A stretch of 62,730 nt of DNA from a bacterium (GCA_021824045.1 JAKALR010000001.1:1-62730), one strand, 5' to 3'. Positions 31,472-40,241 are shown, counted from the stretch's first letter. The notes: a model not told the origin generated them from the sequence alone. A program made the numbers and translations.

Positions 31472-32779
31472 TCAGTCATACATCCCCGGCTTGGCAAGCC
31501 AGACCGGCGATTGCCGCACGAGGAGTTTTTCCGCTTCCATCGGATCGCGCATGATGTCTTTCGTGATCTTTTCCGTCCGCACCGATTGGGATCCTTTGAC
31601 GAGGATCACGTCTCCCTTTTTGACCATGGTTTTCAGCACCTGCGCCGCGTCGCCGAGATTCTCGAACGAGAAAACATTCCGTTTCGGCATGCCGGCCTTC
31701 ACGGCCTCTTCGGCCATGAATTTCGCCCTTGATCCGACGGCGATGAGGATACCCGCTGATTGGGAAGCGATTTTTCCTATTTTTTGGTGGGCTTCCATGG
31801 TGTAGCGCCCGAGTTCCAGCATGTCCCCGAGGACGGCTATCTTTCTTTTCGCTGTGATATCCTTGAGCGTCAGGAGCGCCTCCTCGGTCGCCTGGGGAGA
31901 TGCGTTATAGGAGTCGTCGATGATGAGGGAATCTCGTATCCCCGGGATGACAGTTTCCCGTCCGGGCGGGTTTTGATATCCTCTGAGACTCTCGGCGATT
32001 TTCAAGAGATTCATGCCGAAGATGAGGCCGGTCGCCGCTCCCGCCGCGCCGGCGTACGCCGCCGATTTTCCGAGAACTCCTTCGATTTTAACCGGCACCA
32101 TGCTGCCGCCGTAGTTTATCTTGAAAGAAACGAAGCCGTTCTCGCCATTTCTGTCTATGGTATTGGCGAAGGAAGTGATGCGGACGTCGGCGCCTTTTGC
32201 GAAGCCGTACGTTATCACGTGCCCCCTCGTTTGCTCTTTGAAGAATTCGACGTGTTTGTCATCGGCGTTCAAGATGGCGAACCCGGTCGACGGCAGCTGG
32301 GCGATCAATTTCGATTTTTCCCTGGCGATACCTTCCGGTCCGTCGAAGAATTCGACGTGGACAGGCGTTTCGCCGATGGCCGTGATGACCCCGATCTCGG
32401 GCCGTGCGACTTCGAGGAGATAATTCATATCATTGGGCCGGTCCACGCCGTATTCGAGGACCAGCATTTCGGGATACCGGCTGTTCTTCACGATGAGCTG
32501 TCCGATGCCCTTGCCGATGACTTTGAGCCAAAAAAAAGCACCGTCCGTGTTTTTGAAATCGCCGATGATGGTCGTCGGAAGTCCGAGTTCGTTGTTGAAA
32601 TTTTTGGAAGCCGTTCGCACCCGCCGTTCGGCGCCGAGAATTCTCGCGACAGCTGTTTTCGTGGATGTCTTGCCGACATTACCGGTTACCCCCACGATGC
32701 TCGGCCGGTATTTCGCTATCGTCCAGCGGGCCAGTCGCTTGAGAATGGATGAAAGTATTTTGAGGGTGAAGTTTTTCAT
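31472..32779 (-). CDS. murF: UDP-N-acetylmuramoyl-tripeptide--D-alanyl-D-alanine ligase
   Basis: GVTGNVGKTSTK P-loop and Mur ligase layout. Confidence 0.9.
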   Translation of the reverse strand: MKNFTLKILSSILKRLARWTIAKYRPSIVGVTGNVGKTSTKTAVARILGAERRVRTASKNFNNELGLPTTIIGDFKNTDGAFFWLKVIGKGIGQLIVKNSRYPEMLVLEYGVDRPNDMNYLLEVARPEIGVITAIGETPVHVEFFDGPEGIAREKSKLIAQLPSTGFAILNADDKHVEFFKEQTRGHVITYGFAKGADVRITSFANTIDRNGENGFVSFKINYGGSMVPVKIEGVLGKSAAYAGAAGAATGLIFGMNLLKIAESLRGYQNPPGRETVIPGIRDSLIIDDSYNASPQATEEALLTLKDITAKRKIAVLGDMLELGRYTMEAHQKIGKIASQSAGILIAVGSRAKFMAEEAVKAGMPKRNVFSFENLGDAAQVLKTMVKKGDVILVKGSQSVRTEKITKDIMRDPMEAEKLLVRQSPVWLAKPGMYD

Positions 32780-32788
32780 AAAGTGGGT

Positions 32789-34414
32789 TTAAGGGTTGGC
32801 GAAGAAATATGCGTCCAGGCTATTGCCCGGGTTGTCCGGCGTAACATTTTCGTAGTTCAAGACGAACGAGGCCAATTGCTGAAATGCGGGAACGACCGAG
32901 ACGGCCGCGAGTTCTGATTTTGGTCTGACCAGTTTAATGAGAATGAGGTATTGCGGCCGGGTTGCCGGAACCATGCCGATGAACGTGTGGATGTATTGAT
33001 TGGGATAATAACCGCCGGTTTGAAGATCCGGGATTTGCGCGGTGCCGGTCTTGCCGGCGACGGTGAATTGCGGAATGGTAGCAACGACAGCCTTATTCAC
33101 GGCGTCGATCATCATGCCCCTGACTTCTTCGGCGGTCGTGGTCGAAATGACGCGGCGCATCACCTCGGGCGTATCACTCGCGTCCAGGTAGGGACGCATG
33201 AGGAGGCCGCCGTTCGCGATGACGGCGAACGAATTGATCATCTGGATGGGGGTGACCGAGACGCCCTGCCCGAAGGCTGCCGTGCCGTAATCGACGGCCT
33301 TCGCGTCCTTTTTTTCGAGATTCGCGAGGCTTCCGGAAGCCTCGTTCGGCAGGTCGATGCCGGTGGGATCTCCAAAGCCGAATTTTTTCACTCCCGCGTA
33401 GAACAGTTTGTTGCCGATTTGCTGTTCCGCCCAAACGGCGCCGGTATTCAATGATTCTTCAATGACCTTGGTCATGGTCGTATTGGGGCCGTACGCTTTC
33501 AAGTTCCAGTTCCTGATGACGCTTCCGTTCAGGACGGCGACGCCCTTGTCGTTGTACGTCGAGGTCGGCGTAAAAATAGCATTGTCGATGCCGATCGACA
33601 TGGTGACCGGCTTGAAGACCGATCCCGGTTCATAGTTGTCCTGGATGCTTTGGTTGCCGTACAAGCCGATCGACGAACTTGCGTAGGCGTTCGGATCGAA
33701 GGTCGGATAGGAAGCCATCGTGAGAATCGCGCCGGTCACCGGATTTTCGATGATAACCGAGCCGCTCTCGGCGGTTTGAACGCCAACGAGGTTCTTGATG
33801 AGTTCCTCGGCTTGGGCCTGGAGGACGCGGTCGATGGTGAGGTGGACGTCAGTGCCCGCCGCGAGAACGTTATTGAATTCCTTTTCGACGCCGTAGAGGC
33901 CGGTCGGCTGGGGATTCTGGCCGTTCACGCCGACGAAGCCGATGACGTTCGCGGCAAGACTGCCGAAAGGATAGTAGCGATACTGCTTGGTGTCGCTGTA
34001 GATCCCCTGGAGATCCAGGGCGTTCACCGCGTTCACCTGGTCTCCGGTCGCTTTCTCGATCAGCACCCGGAACAAGCTCTGCGGGTTATCGAGCATTTTG
34101 TAGACCGCGGTCGAACTCGCACCCATGATCGGCGCCAAAGCATCCGCTTCCCCGCGCGGATCTTTGATTTCCTTGGGGACTGCGTAGATGACCGGGTAGC
34201 CCCTATTGATGGCGACGGGTATCGCATTGCCATACCGGTCGGTTATAAATATTTCTCCGCGTTGGAGCTCCAGTTCGGCGACGTTCGCCATCCTGGCCTG
34301 GACCTTGTCCAGGTAATACGCCCCTTTGCTTATTTGAACCCGATATAAATTGAACCCTAAAATTCCGAAGATTAGTCCGAAAAGTGTTGTTAGAAGGATG
34401 AATCTGACACCCAT
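32789..34414 (-). CDS. ftsI: penicillin-binding protein (FtsI/PBP2-type transpeptidase)
   Basis: SVFK (SxxK), SLN (SxN), KTGTA (KTG). dcw context. Confidence 0.9.
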   Translation of the reverse strand: MGVRFILLTTLFGLIFGILGFNLYRVQISKGAYYLDKVQARMANVAELELQRGEIFITDRYGNAIPVAINRGYPVIYAVPKEIKDPRGEADALAPIMGASSTAVYKMLDNPQSLFRVLIEKATGDQVNAVNALDLQGIYSDTKQYRYYPFGSLAANVIGFVGVNGQNPQPTGLYGVEKEFNNVLAAGTDVHLTIDRVLQAQAEELIKNLVGVQTAESGSVIIENPVTGAILTMASYPTFDPNAYASSSIGLYGNQSIQDNYEPGSVFKPVTMSIGIDNAIFTPTSTYNDKGVAVLNGSVIRNWNLKAYGPNTTMTKVIEESLNTGAVWAEQQIGNKLFYAGVKKFGFGDPTGIDLPNEASGSLANLEKKDAKAVDYGTAAFGQGVSVTPIQMINSFAVIANGGLLMRPYLDASDTPEVMRRVISTTTAEEVRGMMIDAVNKAVVATIPQFTVAGKTGTAQIPDLQTGGYYPNQYIHTFIGMVPATRPQYLILIKLVRPKSELAAVSVVPAFQQLASFVLNYENVTPDNPGNSLDAYFFANP

Positions 34415-34701
34415 TGATGTGCGGTAAGATATCCCGGCTTGGTATCCAAAACCAAATCGTATTTCGTCGCGAGCGAATCAAGATTTTGCGGCGCCGTCAC
34501 GTTGAAGAGCTGACTTTTCAGTTCGTTCTGGGCGTTCGTTACTTGCGCGATTTGGTTTTTCAAGTTCGAAGCTTGGTACCGGGCGTTTACGAGCGCGTTG
34601 TACATGAAGATGTACGAGATACCTGCAATAAGTATAAAGGAAAGCAAAAATATTATGAAGCGCGCGTTCTGGGTATAAATCGATGGTCGTATGATGGTCA
34701 T
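34390..34701 (-). CDS. FtsL-like cell division protein
   Basis: Single TM plus short coiled coil, positioned between rsmH and ftsI. Confidence 0.55.
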   Translation of the reverse strand: MTIIRPSIYTQNARFIIFLLSFILIAGISYIFMYNALVNARYQASNLKNQIAQVTNAQNELKSQLFNVTAPQNLDSLATKYDLVLDTKPGYLTAHQWVSDSSF

Positions 34702-34727
34702 GGTAATTACTTTTTAATTTGAGATTT

Positions 34728-35612
34728 TTAATTTTTAAGACAGATAGCTCTGAGTTTCGCCGAGCGACTTTTGGGATTTCGGGCGATCTCTTCCCGTTCC
34801 GGTTTGATCACTTTCTTGTTTAAAAATGCTATGGTGTTCTCTTGGTGAAGCAATTTGAAGTTTTCTTTTACAATCTTGTCTTCGATTGAATGAAAGGTGA
34901 TGACGCCGAGGCGTCCTCCCGGTTTCAGGATGCCGGTCAGTTCCGCGAGGAGCTTTCTGATGTTTTCGAGTTCGCTGTTCACGTAGATTCTGATTGCCTG
35001 GAATGTTCTCGTGGCGGGGCTGATTCTCGGATCTTTGAAATGGAACGCGGAATTCACGATTTCGGAAAGTTCGTGGGCAGTCTCGATTTTCTTTTTTCGC
35101 CGCTCCTCCACGATTCGTTTCGCGATCCTCCGGGAATTCCGTTCATCGCCGTAGTGGTAGATAATGTCCGCCAGTTCGTTCTCTCGGAGGGTGTTCACCG
35201 TTTCATAGGCCGTGCGGTCGTTCCCGTCGGGGTCGTATCGCATATCGAGCAGCTCGTCTTTCATGAAACTGAATCCCCGCTTCGATTCGTCGATGTGCCA
35301 GAACGAGAACCCGAGATCCACAATCATACCGTCGGCTTTCGGGAGATTGTGCTTCGCGAGGATTGCCGGGGTGTCGGCGTAGTTCCCGTGTTTGAGGATG
35401 ATCGTATCGTTCGGCCACTTGTCCGGCAGATCGGAGTTGTGTTCGAGAATTTCCCGATCCCAGTCGATTCCCAGAAGCGTTCCTCCCGGGGTGATCCGTT
35501 TCAGGATCTCTTTCGAATGTCCCCCTTCGCCGAAGGTTCCGTCGATGAAGAATTCCCCTTCTAACGGATTCAAAATTGCTATTGCTTCTTTTAAAAGAAC
35601 CGGAGTATGCAT
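34728..35612 (-). CDS. rsmH: 16S rRNA (cytosine1402-N4)-methyltransferase
   Basis: HTPVLLKEAI..DGTFGEGGHS, full-length RsmH/MraW. Confidence 0.95.
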   Translation of the reverse strand: MHTPVLLKEAIAILNPLEGEFFIDGTFGEGGHSKEILKRITPGGTLLGIDWDREILEHNSDLPDKWPNDTIILKHGNYADTPAILAKHNLPKADGMIVDLGFSFWHIDESKRGFSFMKDELLDMRYDPDGNDRTAYETVNTLRENELADIIYHYGDERNSRRIAKRIVEERRKKKIETAHELSEIVNSAFHFKDPRISPATRTFQAIRIYVNSELENIRKLLAELTGILKPGGRLGVITFHSIEDKIVKENFKLLHQENTIAFLNKKVIKPEREEIARNPKSRSAKLRAICLKN

Positions 35613-35614
35613 TG

Positions 35615-35706
35615 CGGATATTAACGGATATTACCGGATATGCCTGATATGAACGGCGAACTATTCTCCCTATCCGTTAGTATCCGTGAGTATCCGTTCA
35701 TATCCC
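35615..35706. promoter_or_regulatory. phased GGATA-box array between mraZ and rsmH (4 direct + 4 inverted, 10-bp period)
   Basis: GGATAT at 35616, 35626 and 35636, plus TGATAT at 35645. TATCC at 35671, 35681, 35691 and 35701. Confidence 0.7.
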
Positions 35707-36129
35707 TAATTCTCCGAGTTTTTCGGCTATTTCGTCCGACGAAGATTCGGTTTTGGTTTTGTATGTCTCCCAATTCTCCGAATCCCAGATTTCTATCCTG
35801 TTGAAGAGGCCGGTCAGAACGACCTGTTTTTTGAATCCGGCGTATTTTCGGAGATATTCGGGGATTAAAATTCTCCCCTGATTATCAAAAGTTACATCCG
35901 ATGCTCCCGCGAGCATCAACCGTACGAACGCTCTTGAGTTCGATTGAGCCAATGGCAGCGACATCAATTTTTGCACGAGCGTCTCCCATTCCTTTGCGCC
36001 GAACATGAACAAGCATTTGTCCAAGCCTCTGGTGATTATGGCTCCGGCCTCTATCTTTTCCCTGAATTTGGCCGGTACCGCCACGCGACCTTTGATATCT
36101 AAGCTATGGTTGTATTCTCCCAGTATCAT
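35698..36129 (-). CDS. mraZ: transcriptional regulator MraZ
   Basis: Two SpoVT/AbrB-like halves (LDIKGRVAVPAKFR, FDNQGRILIPEYLR). Start trimmed to MILGEYNH. Confidence 0.9.
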   Translation of the reverse strand: MILGEYNHSLDIKGRVAVPAKFREKIEAGAIITRGLDKCLFMFGAKEWETLVQKLMSLPLAQSNSRAFVRLMLAGASDVTFDNQGRILIPEYLRKYAGFKKQVVLTGLFNRIEIWDSENWETYKTKTESSSDEIAEKLGELGI

Positions 36130-36142
36130 AATGAAACCTTCG

Positions 36143-36208
36143 TTATCCCCAGATTGGCGTCTTATCCACAGATTTATCCACTTCTCACCACTCTTATGTA
36201 CCATTATA
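36143..36208 (-). promoter_or_regulatory. mraZ promoter (extended -10 TGGTATAAT) with downstream GTGGATAA-type boxes
   Basis: TATAAT at 36203-36208 (minus). Minus-sense boxes are GGTGAGAA, GTGGATAA, GTGGATAA and GGGGATAA, between the -10 and the ATG. Confidence 0.55.
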
Positions 36209-36223
36209 CCACCACTCCCGACA

Positions 36224-36442
36224 TTAAAAAACCGCCCCCGGGGCGGATTGCGTAGGTTCTATCTATTGTTTGAAGCGAAAGTTATCAACAGGTTGACTTT
36301 TGCTGGTTCCCCACTTTCAATTCTTTGTTTATGCTCGCCGGGTACTTCCCGCTCAGGCTGTCTCCGGGGCGACGCCCAAGTCTTAGCCTTCGCGAAAAGT
36401 ACCCGGTTCGCCTTTATTGGTTCATCCCCTCAAGTGGGTTTG
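36224..36442 (-). ncRNA. structured ~200-nt 3' region after the hydrolase gene, ending in an intrinsic terminator
   Basis: Long irregular helix (CCGGGTACTT/AAGTACCCGG, AGGCT/AGCCT, CGC/GCG). Terminator CCGCC..GGCGG plus T6 at 36224-36246. Confidence 0.4.
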
Positions 36443-37021
36443 TTATTTTTTTTGGAGATCGAGAAACGCTTCGAGGGTCGACGGGAGCTCAAGCGTCCCC
36501 TTGCTGAAATGGTCCTTGGCGTGCTCGATAACAATCCTTGAACCGAGTTTGTCCCGGAAGTCGTCTTGGTTGTCGAGCGGCACAAAAGGATCGTTGTCCG
36601 AGAATATGGCGACACTTTTCAGCAAATGCGATTTTACTCTGTTCAAATCCAGAGGCGCTTCGAGCCAATGTTTTCTTGTTTCTGTTTCGCCCGCGTCATT
36701 GTCGGCGTTTGTGATGCGCTTGAAGAATCCGGCGACGAATACCGCTCCGCCGACTTTCACGCTTTCCGGAAGCGACTCGAGATATCGCGCGATCGCTTGA
36801 TTGCCCATGCTGTGGCCGACGAAATAGGTATTTTCGTCCGGTGTGCCGACGGCTTCGGCGAGTTTCGGGACCCACTTTTCGATGCGGGGCGTTTCCGTGT
36901 CCGGAAGCTGCGGAATGATGACTTCGAATCCCCTTGCTTCCAATTCTTTCTTGAGCCACGGGAACCAGGCGTTTCCGGGATGCCCTTCCCATCCGTGGAC
37001 AATAATTACTCTCTTTTGCAT
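36443..37021 (-). CDS. alpha/beta serine hydrolase (YdeN/RBBP9-like)
   Basis: VIIVHGWEGHPGNAWFPWL..GHSMG. TATAAT at 37028-37033 lies 6 nt upstream of the ATG. Confidence 0.75.
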   Translation of the reverse strand: MQKRVIIVHGWEGHPGNAWFPWLKKELEARGFEVIIPQLPDTETPRIEKWVPKLAEAVGTPDENTYFVGHSMGNQAIARYLESLPESVKVGGAVFVAGFFKRITNADNDAGETETRKHWLEAPLDLNRVKSHLLKSVAIFSDNDPFVPLDNQDDFRDKLGSRIVIEHAKDHFSKGTLELPSTLEAFLDLQKK

Positions 37022-37055
37022 AACTTTATTATAGTAGTAATCTTTATTTTTCTCC

Positions 37056-37083
37056 TCACTTTTTCCCCTAGGGGAAAAAGTGA
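37056..37083. repeat. palindrome TCACTTTTTCCCCTAGGGGAAAAAGTGA
   Basis: Overlaps the expected -35 region of the hydrolase promoter. Related to 28342-28377. Confidence 0.8.
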
Positions 37084-37164
37084 AGCACTTCAATTAATTG
37101 AAGCGCCTGAGGCAAAAAGATGCCCTGGATTCCGCGAGGCGCGAAAATCCAGGGTTGAAAATCT

Positions 37165-37542
37165 TCAGTACACGCGGAGCTGGCCGCGTTCCACCCGCTC
37201 AAATGAGTCGGCGGTTCGCTTAAGAACGGCTGGTCTCACTACGTGGAAGCATTGGCCTTGGGTGAGGTGATGAATATCGACAAAGAAGGCCGTCTCCTGC
37301 TCAACCACAGTCACGTGATTGGCGGTCAGCGCGGGATTGGGAAAGACAAAGATCCCCCCGTTCTTTTCGATGGCGAGGAATTGTCCATTCTCCATCTCTC
37401 CGAATTTTGGTATCGCGAGCGGATCGATTAACGCCTGTTCGTTCGCAATGCCAATCCGTTTTGCTTCGAATTCCTCCATGAAGAGTTTCATCATGGCGGA
37501 GTTCTTCACCCCGGCCTCATATTTGTTGATAACATCGACCAT
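37165..37542 (-). CDS. hypothetical protein
   Basis: Clean 125-aa ORF followed by the hairpin CCCTGGATT..AATCCAGGG. No family recognised. Confidence 0.5.
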   Translation of the reverse strand: MVDVINKYEAGVKNSAMMKLFMEEFEAKRIGIANEQALIDPLAIPKFGEMENGQFLAIEKNGGIFVFPNPALTANHVTVVEQETAFFVDIHHLTQGQCFHVVRPAVLKRTADSFERVERGQLRVY

Positions 37543-37643
37543 AACGATGCCTCCCTTTTGTTTTGTAAACGTTCTTCGGAAATCTCTTTAAGGTACCCCC
37601 TGAGATTATGATAAGTTATAGAACCGCGCCGCCATCCTGTCAA

Positions 37644-37677
37644 ACAAAAAACAGCCGTATTTTTAATACGACTGTTT
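37644..37677 (-). terminator. intrinsic terminator after the ATP-cone gene
   Basis: Minus-sense AACAGTCGTAT-TAAAA-ATACGGCTGTT followed by TTTTTTG. Confidence 0.6.
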
Positions 37678-37687
37678 TGAGGAAATA

Positions 37688-37966
37688 CTATTTCCCCTTG
37701 GCGGCGTCGAAACGGCGCCATGCGGCCGAGACGGCAGGTTCCCGCTTGTCCAAATCGCCCATGATCTTGTATTTCAATGTCGACGTCGGTATAGCTTCTT
37801 TCGTATCGGCGAATTGAATTGCTGCTCCTCCCACCTCTTTGACGAGTGCTTGAACCTTCCCTTCGTCGAGGCCGGCTTCGCGTGCCGAAAGTTCGATCGA
37901 TTTCATGATCTTCGAGGGATCGAAAGGCTCCCGCGAGCCATCCTTCTTGATGACCTCTTTTATCAT
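37688..37966 (-). CDS. ATP-cone domain protein
   Basis: VIKKDGSREPFDPSKIMKSIE, the typical ATP-cone opening. 92 aa stand-alone protein. Confidence 0.7.
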   Translation of the reverse strand: MIKEVIKKDGSREPFDPSKIMKSIELSAREAGLDEGKVQALVKEVGGAAIQFADTKEAIPTSTLKYKIMGDLDKREPAVSAAWRRFDAAKGK

Positions 37967-37990
37967 ATGTTTCCCCTTTTAACGACCTTT

Positions 37991-38049
37991 CCAGGTAGGA
38001 GAAACTCAATTTCACTTCATGCATAGCTAATTGAGTTTTCACTACCTGG
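37991..38049. mobile_element. 59-nt hairpin element, short member of family 2
   Basis: CCAGGTAGGAGAAACTCAAT..ATTGAGTTTTCACTACCTGG. The arms match those of the 143-nt element at 42327-42469. Confidence 0.65.
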
Positions 38050-38056
38050 TTTTCCC

Positions 38057-38341
38057 CTACTCTTTTTCCCTATTGTCCTCTATCTTTCTCAAGCGATTGG
38101 GTGAAACTCTATACGCAGGACTTCGCACTTCTTTCTCATCTAAGTTCATGACGACATATAAGCCTTTGTCCTTTAGGTAATTGAGGATCATTACTTTTTG
38201 TCCTTCTACCGTTTCCATAACGCTCCGGTTCTCGTATTCCGGATCTTTTCCGGCATATTCCGCTGCGGCGAATTCCTCCCTCGTTATATTGCCGATGATC
38301 TGCTTTTGCAAATTTTCGTCAGGTAGTTCAAATTTTGGCAT
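38057..38341 (-). CDS. hypothetical protein
   Basis: ORF trimmed to MPKFELPDEN. No family recognised. Confidence 0.45.
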   Translation of the reverse strand: MPKFELPDENLQKQIIGNITREEFAAAEYAGKDPEYENRSVMETVEGQKVMILNYLKDKGLYVVMNLDEKEVRSPAYRVSPNRLRKIEDNREKE

Positions 38342-38345
38342 ATCT

Positions 38346-38978
38346 TTAGTATACCACTTCGGGAGTCTTGATGCCGTCCGTCCCAAGAACTTTGAATTCC
38401 ACGCCGTCAGTCGAGATTTTCACGAAGGCGGTGTTCGTGATGTCCATCGTTTTGAAGGTTTCGTAGGTGCCGAAACCGACATGGATCAGAAATGCTCTTA
38501 TGATTCCTCCGTGACTCACGACAAGGACGGTTTTCCCGGGATACGCCGCGGCGATTTCTCTCAAGAATGTTATCATGCGGCTGGCCATAGTTTCGTTGTT
38601 TTCCATACCTTCGGGGTAAACGGCGTTGAGTTTGGTTTTGTCTAACAATTTTTCCAATCCAGCCCTGGCTTCTCTGATCTTCTCGTCAAGTTTTTCGATG
38701 TTACTGCCGTCTAACTTGCCATAATCCCTTTCTTTTATAATGTCGCGCGTTTCAATCGCCAATTCTTTCTCGGCGGCTATTATTTCAGCTGTTTGTCTGG
38801 CCCTTATGAGGTTCGAAGAGAAAACGGCATCGAAAGGGATGTCTTTTAATTTTTTTGCCGTTTCGGTCGCTTGCAATTTGCCGTTCTCGGTTAAGGGTGG
38901 ATTTCCTCCCACTGTCCTGCCGACGTTACCTTCCGATTCGCCGTGCCGAACCAGGTAGATGGTGCAAAAATTATCCAT
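38346..38978 (-). CDS. histidine phosphatase family protein (phosphoglycerate mutase-like)
   Basis: IYLVRHGESEGN catalytic motif. The track N-terminus is tRNA sequence, so it was trimmed to ATG 38978. Confidence 0.85.
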   Translation of the reverse strand: MDNFCTIYLVRHGESEGNVGRTVGGNPPLTENGKLQATETAKKLKDIPFDAVFSSNLIRARQTAEIIAAEKELAIETRDIIKERDYGKLDGSNIEKLDEKIREARAGLEKLLDKTKLNAVYPEGMENNETMASRMITFLREIAAAYPGKTVLVVSHGGIIRAFLIHVGFGTYETFKTMDITNTAFVKISTDGVEFKVLGTDGIKTPEVVY

Positions 38979-39052
38979 GGTGGGCAATACAGGGATCGAA
39001 CCTGTGACCTCTTCGATGTGAACGAAGCGCTCTACCACTAAGCTAATTGCCC
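38978..39052 (-). tRNA. tRNA-Val(CAC), CCA encoded
   Basis: GGGCAAT/ATTGCCC acceptor, anticodon arm CTTCG-TTCACAT-CGAAG, T-arm ACAGG-TTCGATC-CCTGT. Confidence 0.9.
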
Positions 39053-39089
39053 TATCTGATATTCTTAAGTTAAATCAAAATCCCCTTAA

Positions 39090-39130
39090 ATTCAAACCTC
39101 CCGGTTCCCCATGGGAGCCGGGAGGTTTTT
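39090..39130. terminator. bidirectional terminator-like hairpin after rplL
   Basis: CCTCCCGG..CCGGGAGG with T-runs on both strands. Confidence 0.6.
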
Positions 39131-39141
39131 GAACGGAAATC

Positions 39142-39510
39142 TTATTGCAATTCCGCGGTGGCGCCGACTTCCTCGAGTTTCTTCTTAAGTTCCTCGGCTT
39201 CCTCCTTCTTGAATCCTTCTTTGACCAATTTCGGAGCCGCGTCGGCCAAATCCTTGGCCTCCTTGAGTCCCAAGCCGGTCACTTCCCGGATAATCTTGAT
39301 GACGTTGATCTTCTGGTCGCCGGCGGCCTTGAGCATCACGCCCCAGGACGTCTTTTCCTCGGCTGCCGCTCCCCCGCCGTTGCCCGGTCCGGCGACGGCC
39401 ATGGCCGCTGCCGATACGCCGAATTTTTCTTCGAGCGCTTTCACGAGTTCGGAGAGTTCGATGACCGAAAGTTTTTCTATTTTTTCTATGATATCGTTGA
39501 ATTTTTCCAT
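39142..39510 (-). CDS. rplL: 50S ribosomal protein L7/L12
   Basis: Ala/Gly hinge and the C-terminal domain [25 protein letters not shown]. Confidence 0.95.
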   Translation of the reverse strand: MEKFNDIIEKIEKLSVIELSELVKALEEKFGVSAAAMAVAGPGNGGGAAAEEKTSWGVMLKAAGDQKINVIKIIREVTGLGLKEAKDLADAAPKLVKEGFKKEEAEELKKKLEEVGATAELQ

Positions 39511-39566
39511 GATGGTTTTTAACTTATGACTGATAACCCATAACGTCGACTGTTATTTGTTATACG

Positions 39567-40076
39567 TTACGAGTTGGTAGTTGATTGTTTGACCTTTTCG
39601 TTCAAGACGAACAAAACTTTCTTGATGGGAACGGTGAGCATGAACGCCAGCTCTCCCAAGAGGACCTCCCGCGAGGGCAATTGTCCGAGGGTTTCGACTT
39701 CCGCTTTTTCCATGAACCTCTTGTCCTTCAGATCGAAGCCGCCGAGAATATTGAAAATATTCTTGACTCTAAACGGCTTTCCGAATTGGTAGACGACGCT
39801 CGCGGTTTCCAGAGAATCCTTCGGCGAAAATACGACGCCGACCTGCCCTCCGAGCTTCTTGGCGTCGAAGTCGATGCCCCTCTCTTTCAGCGCGAGCGTG
39901 AGGAGCCGTTTTTTCATCACCACCATCACGCCACCAATCCCCCGCACGAGTTTTCTGAACCCCGAGAGATCGTTGGCCGAGAGGCCGGTGAAGTCGGTGA
40001 AAACGACGGTCTCGCTCTTGCTGAGCTGCTCTTTTCCCGTCTCAATTTGTTCCTTTTTTTGCGCTTTTGTTTTCAT
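39567..40076 (-). CDS. rplJ: 50S ribosomal protein L10
   Basis: Directly upstream of rplL. L10-like sequence and length. Confidence 0.9.
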   Translation of the reverse strand: MKTKAQKKEQIETGKEQLSKSETVVFTDFTGLSANDLSGFRKLVRGIGGVMVVMKKRLLTLALKERGIDFDAKKLGGQVGVVFSPKDSLETASVVYQFGKPFRVKNIFNILGGFDLKDKRFMEKAEVETLGQLPSREVLLGELAFMLTVPIKKVLFVLNEKVKQSTTNS

Positions 40077-40213
40077 ACAACAAAAAATCTGCGTTGCCGC
40101 AGAGGTTAAGAAGAATCGACCTGGCTTCAGTGAAGTTTCTTCCTCGGCAGGGCTTATTTCCGTCTCTCCACCGGTTGGCGGAGGCGGATGCCTGCTATCT
40201 ACGGAACAGCTTC

Positions 40214-40241
40214 ATATTAGCACGCTTTCAGAAATATGCAA
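40214..40241 (-). promoter_or_regulatory. rplJ promoter TTGCAT-16-TAATAT with ~135-nt leader
   Basis: TTGCAT at 40236-40241 and TAATAT at 40214-40219 (minus). The long GC-rich leader is a possible L10-leader-type autoregulatory region. Confidence 0.5.

Noticed and set aside
36224-36442. SRP RNA, 6S RNA, RNase P RNA or tmRNA assignment for the structured regions at 36.2-36.4 kb and 28.1-28.5 kb
   Set aside because: The diagnostic strings I know were not found by eye. These are the GGAA tetraloop with AGCA/GGA loops for SRP, GGAAAGUCCGG for RNase P, and for tmRNA a GGGG..UGA 5' end with a tRNA-like CCA 3' end and tag ORF. A proper covariance-model scan is still needed.
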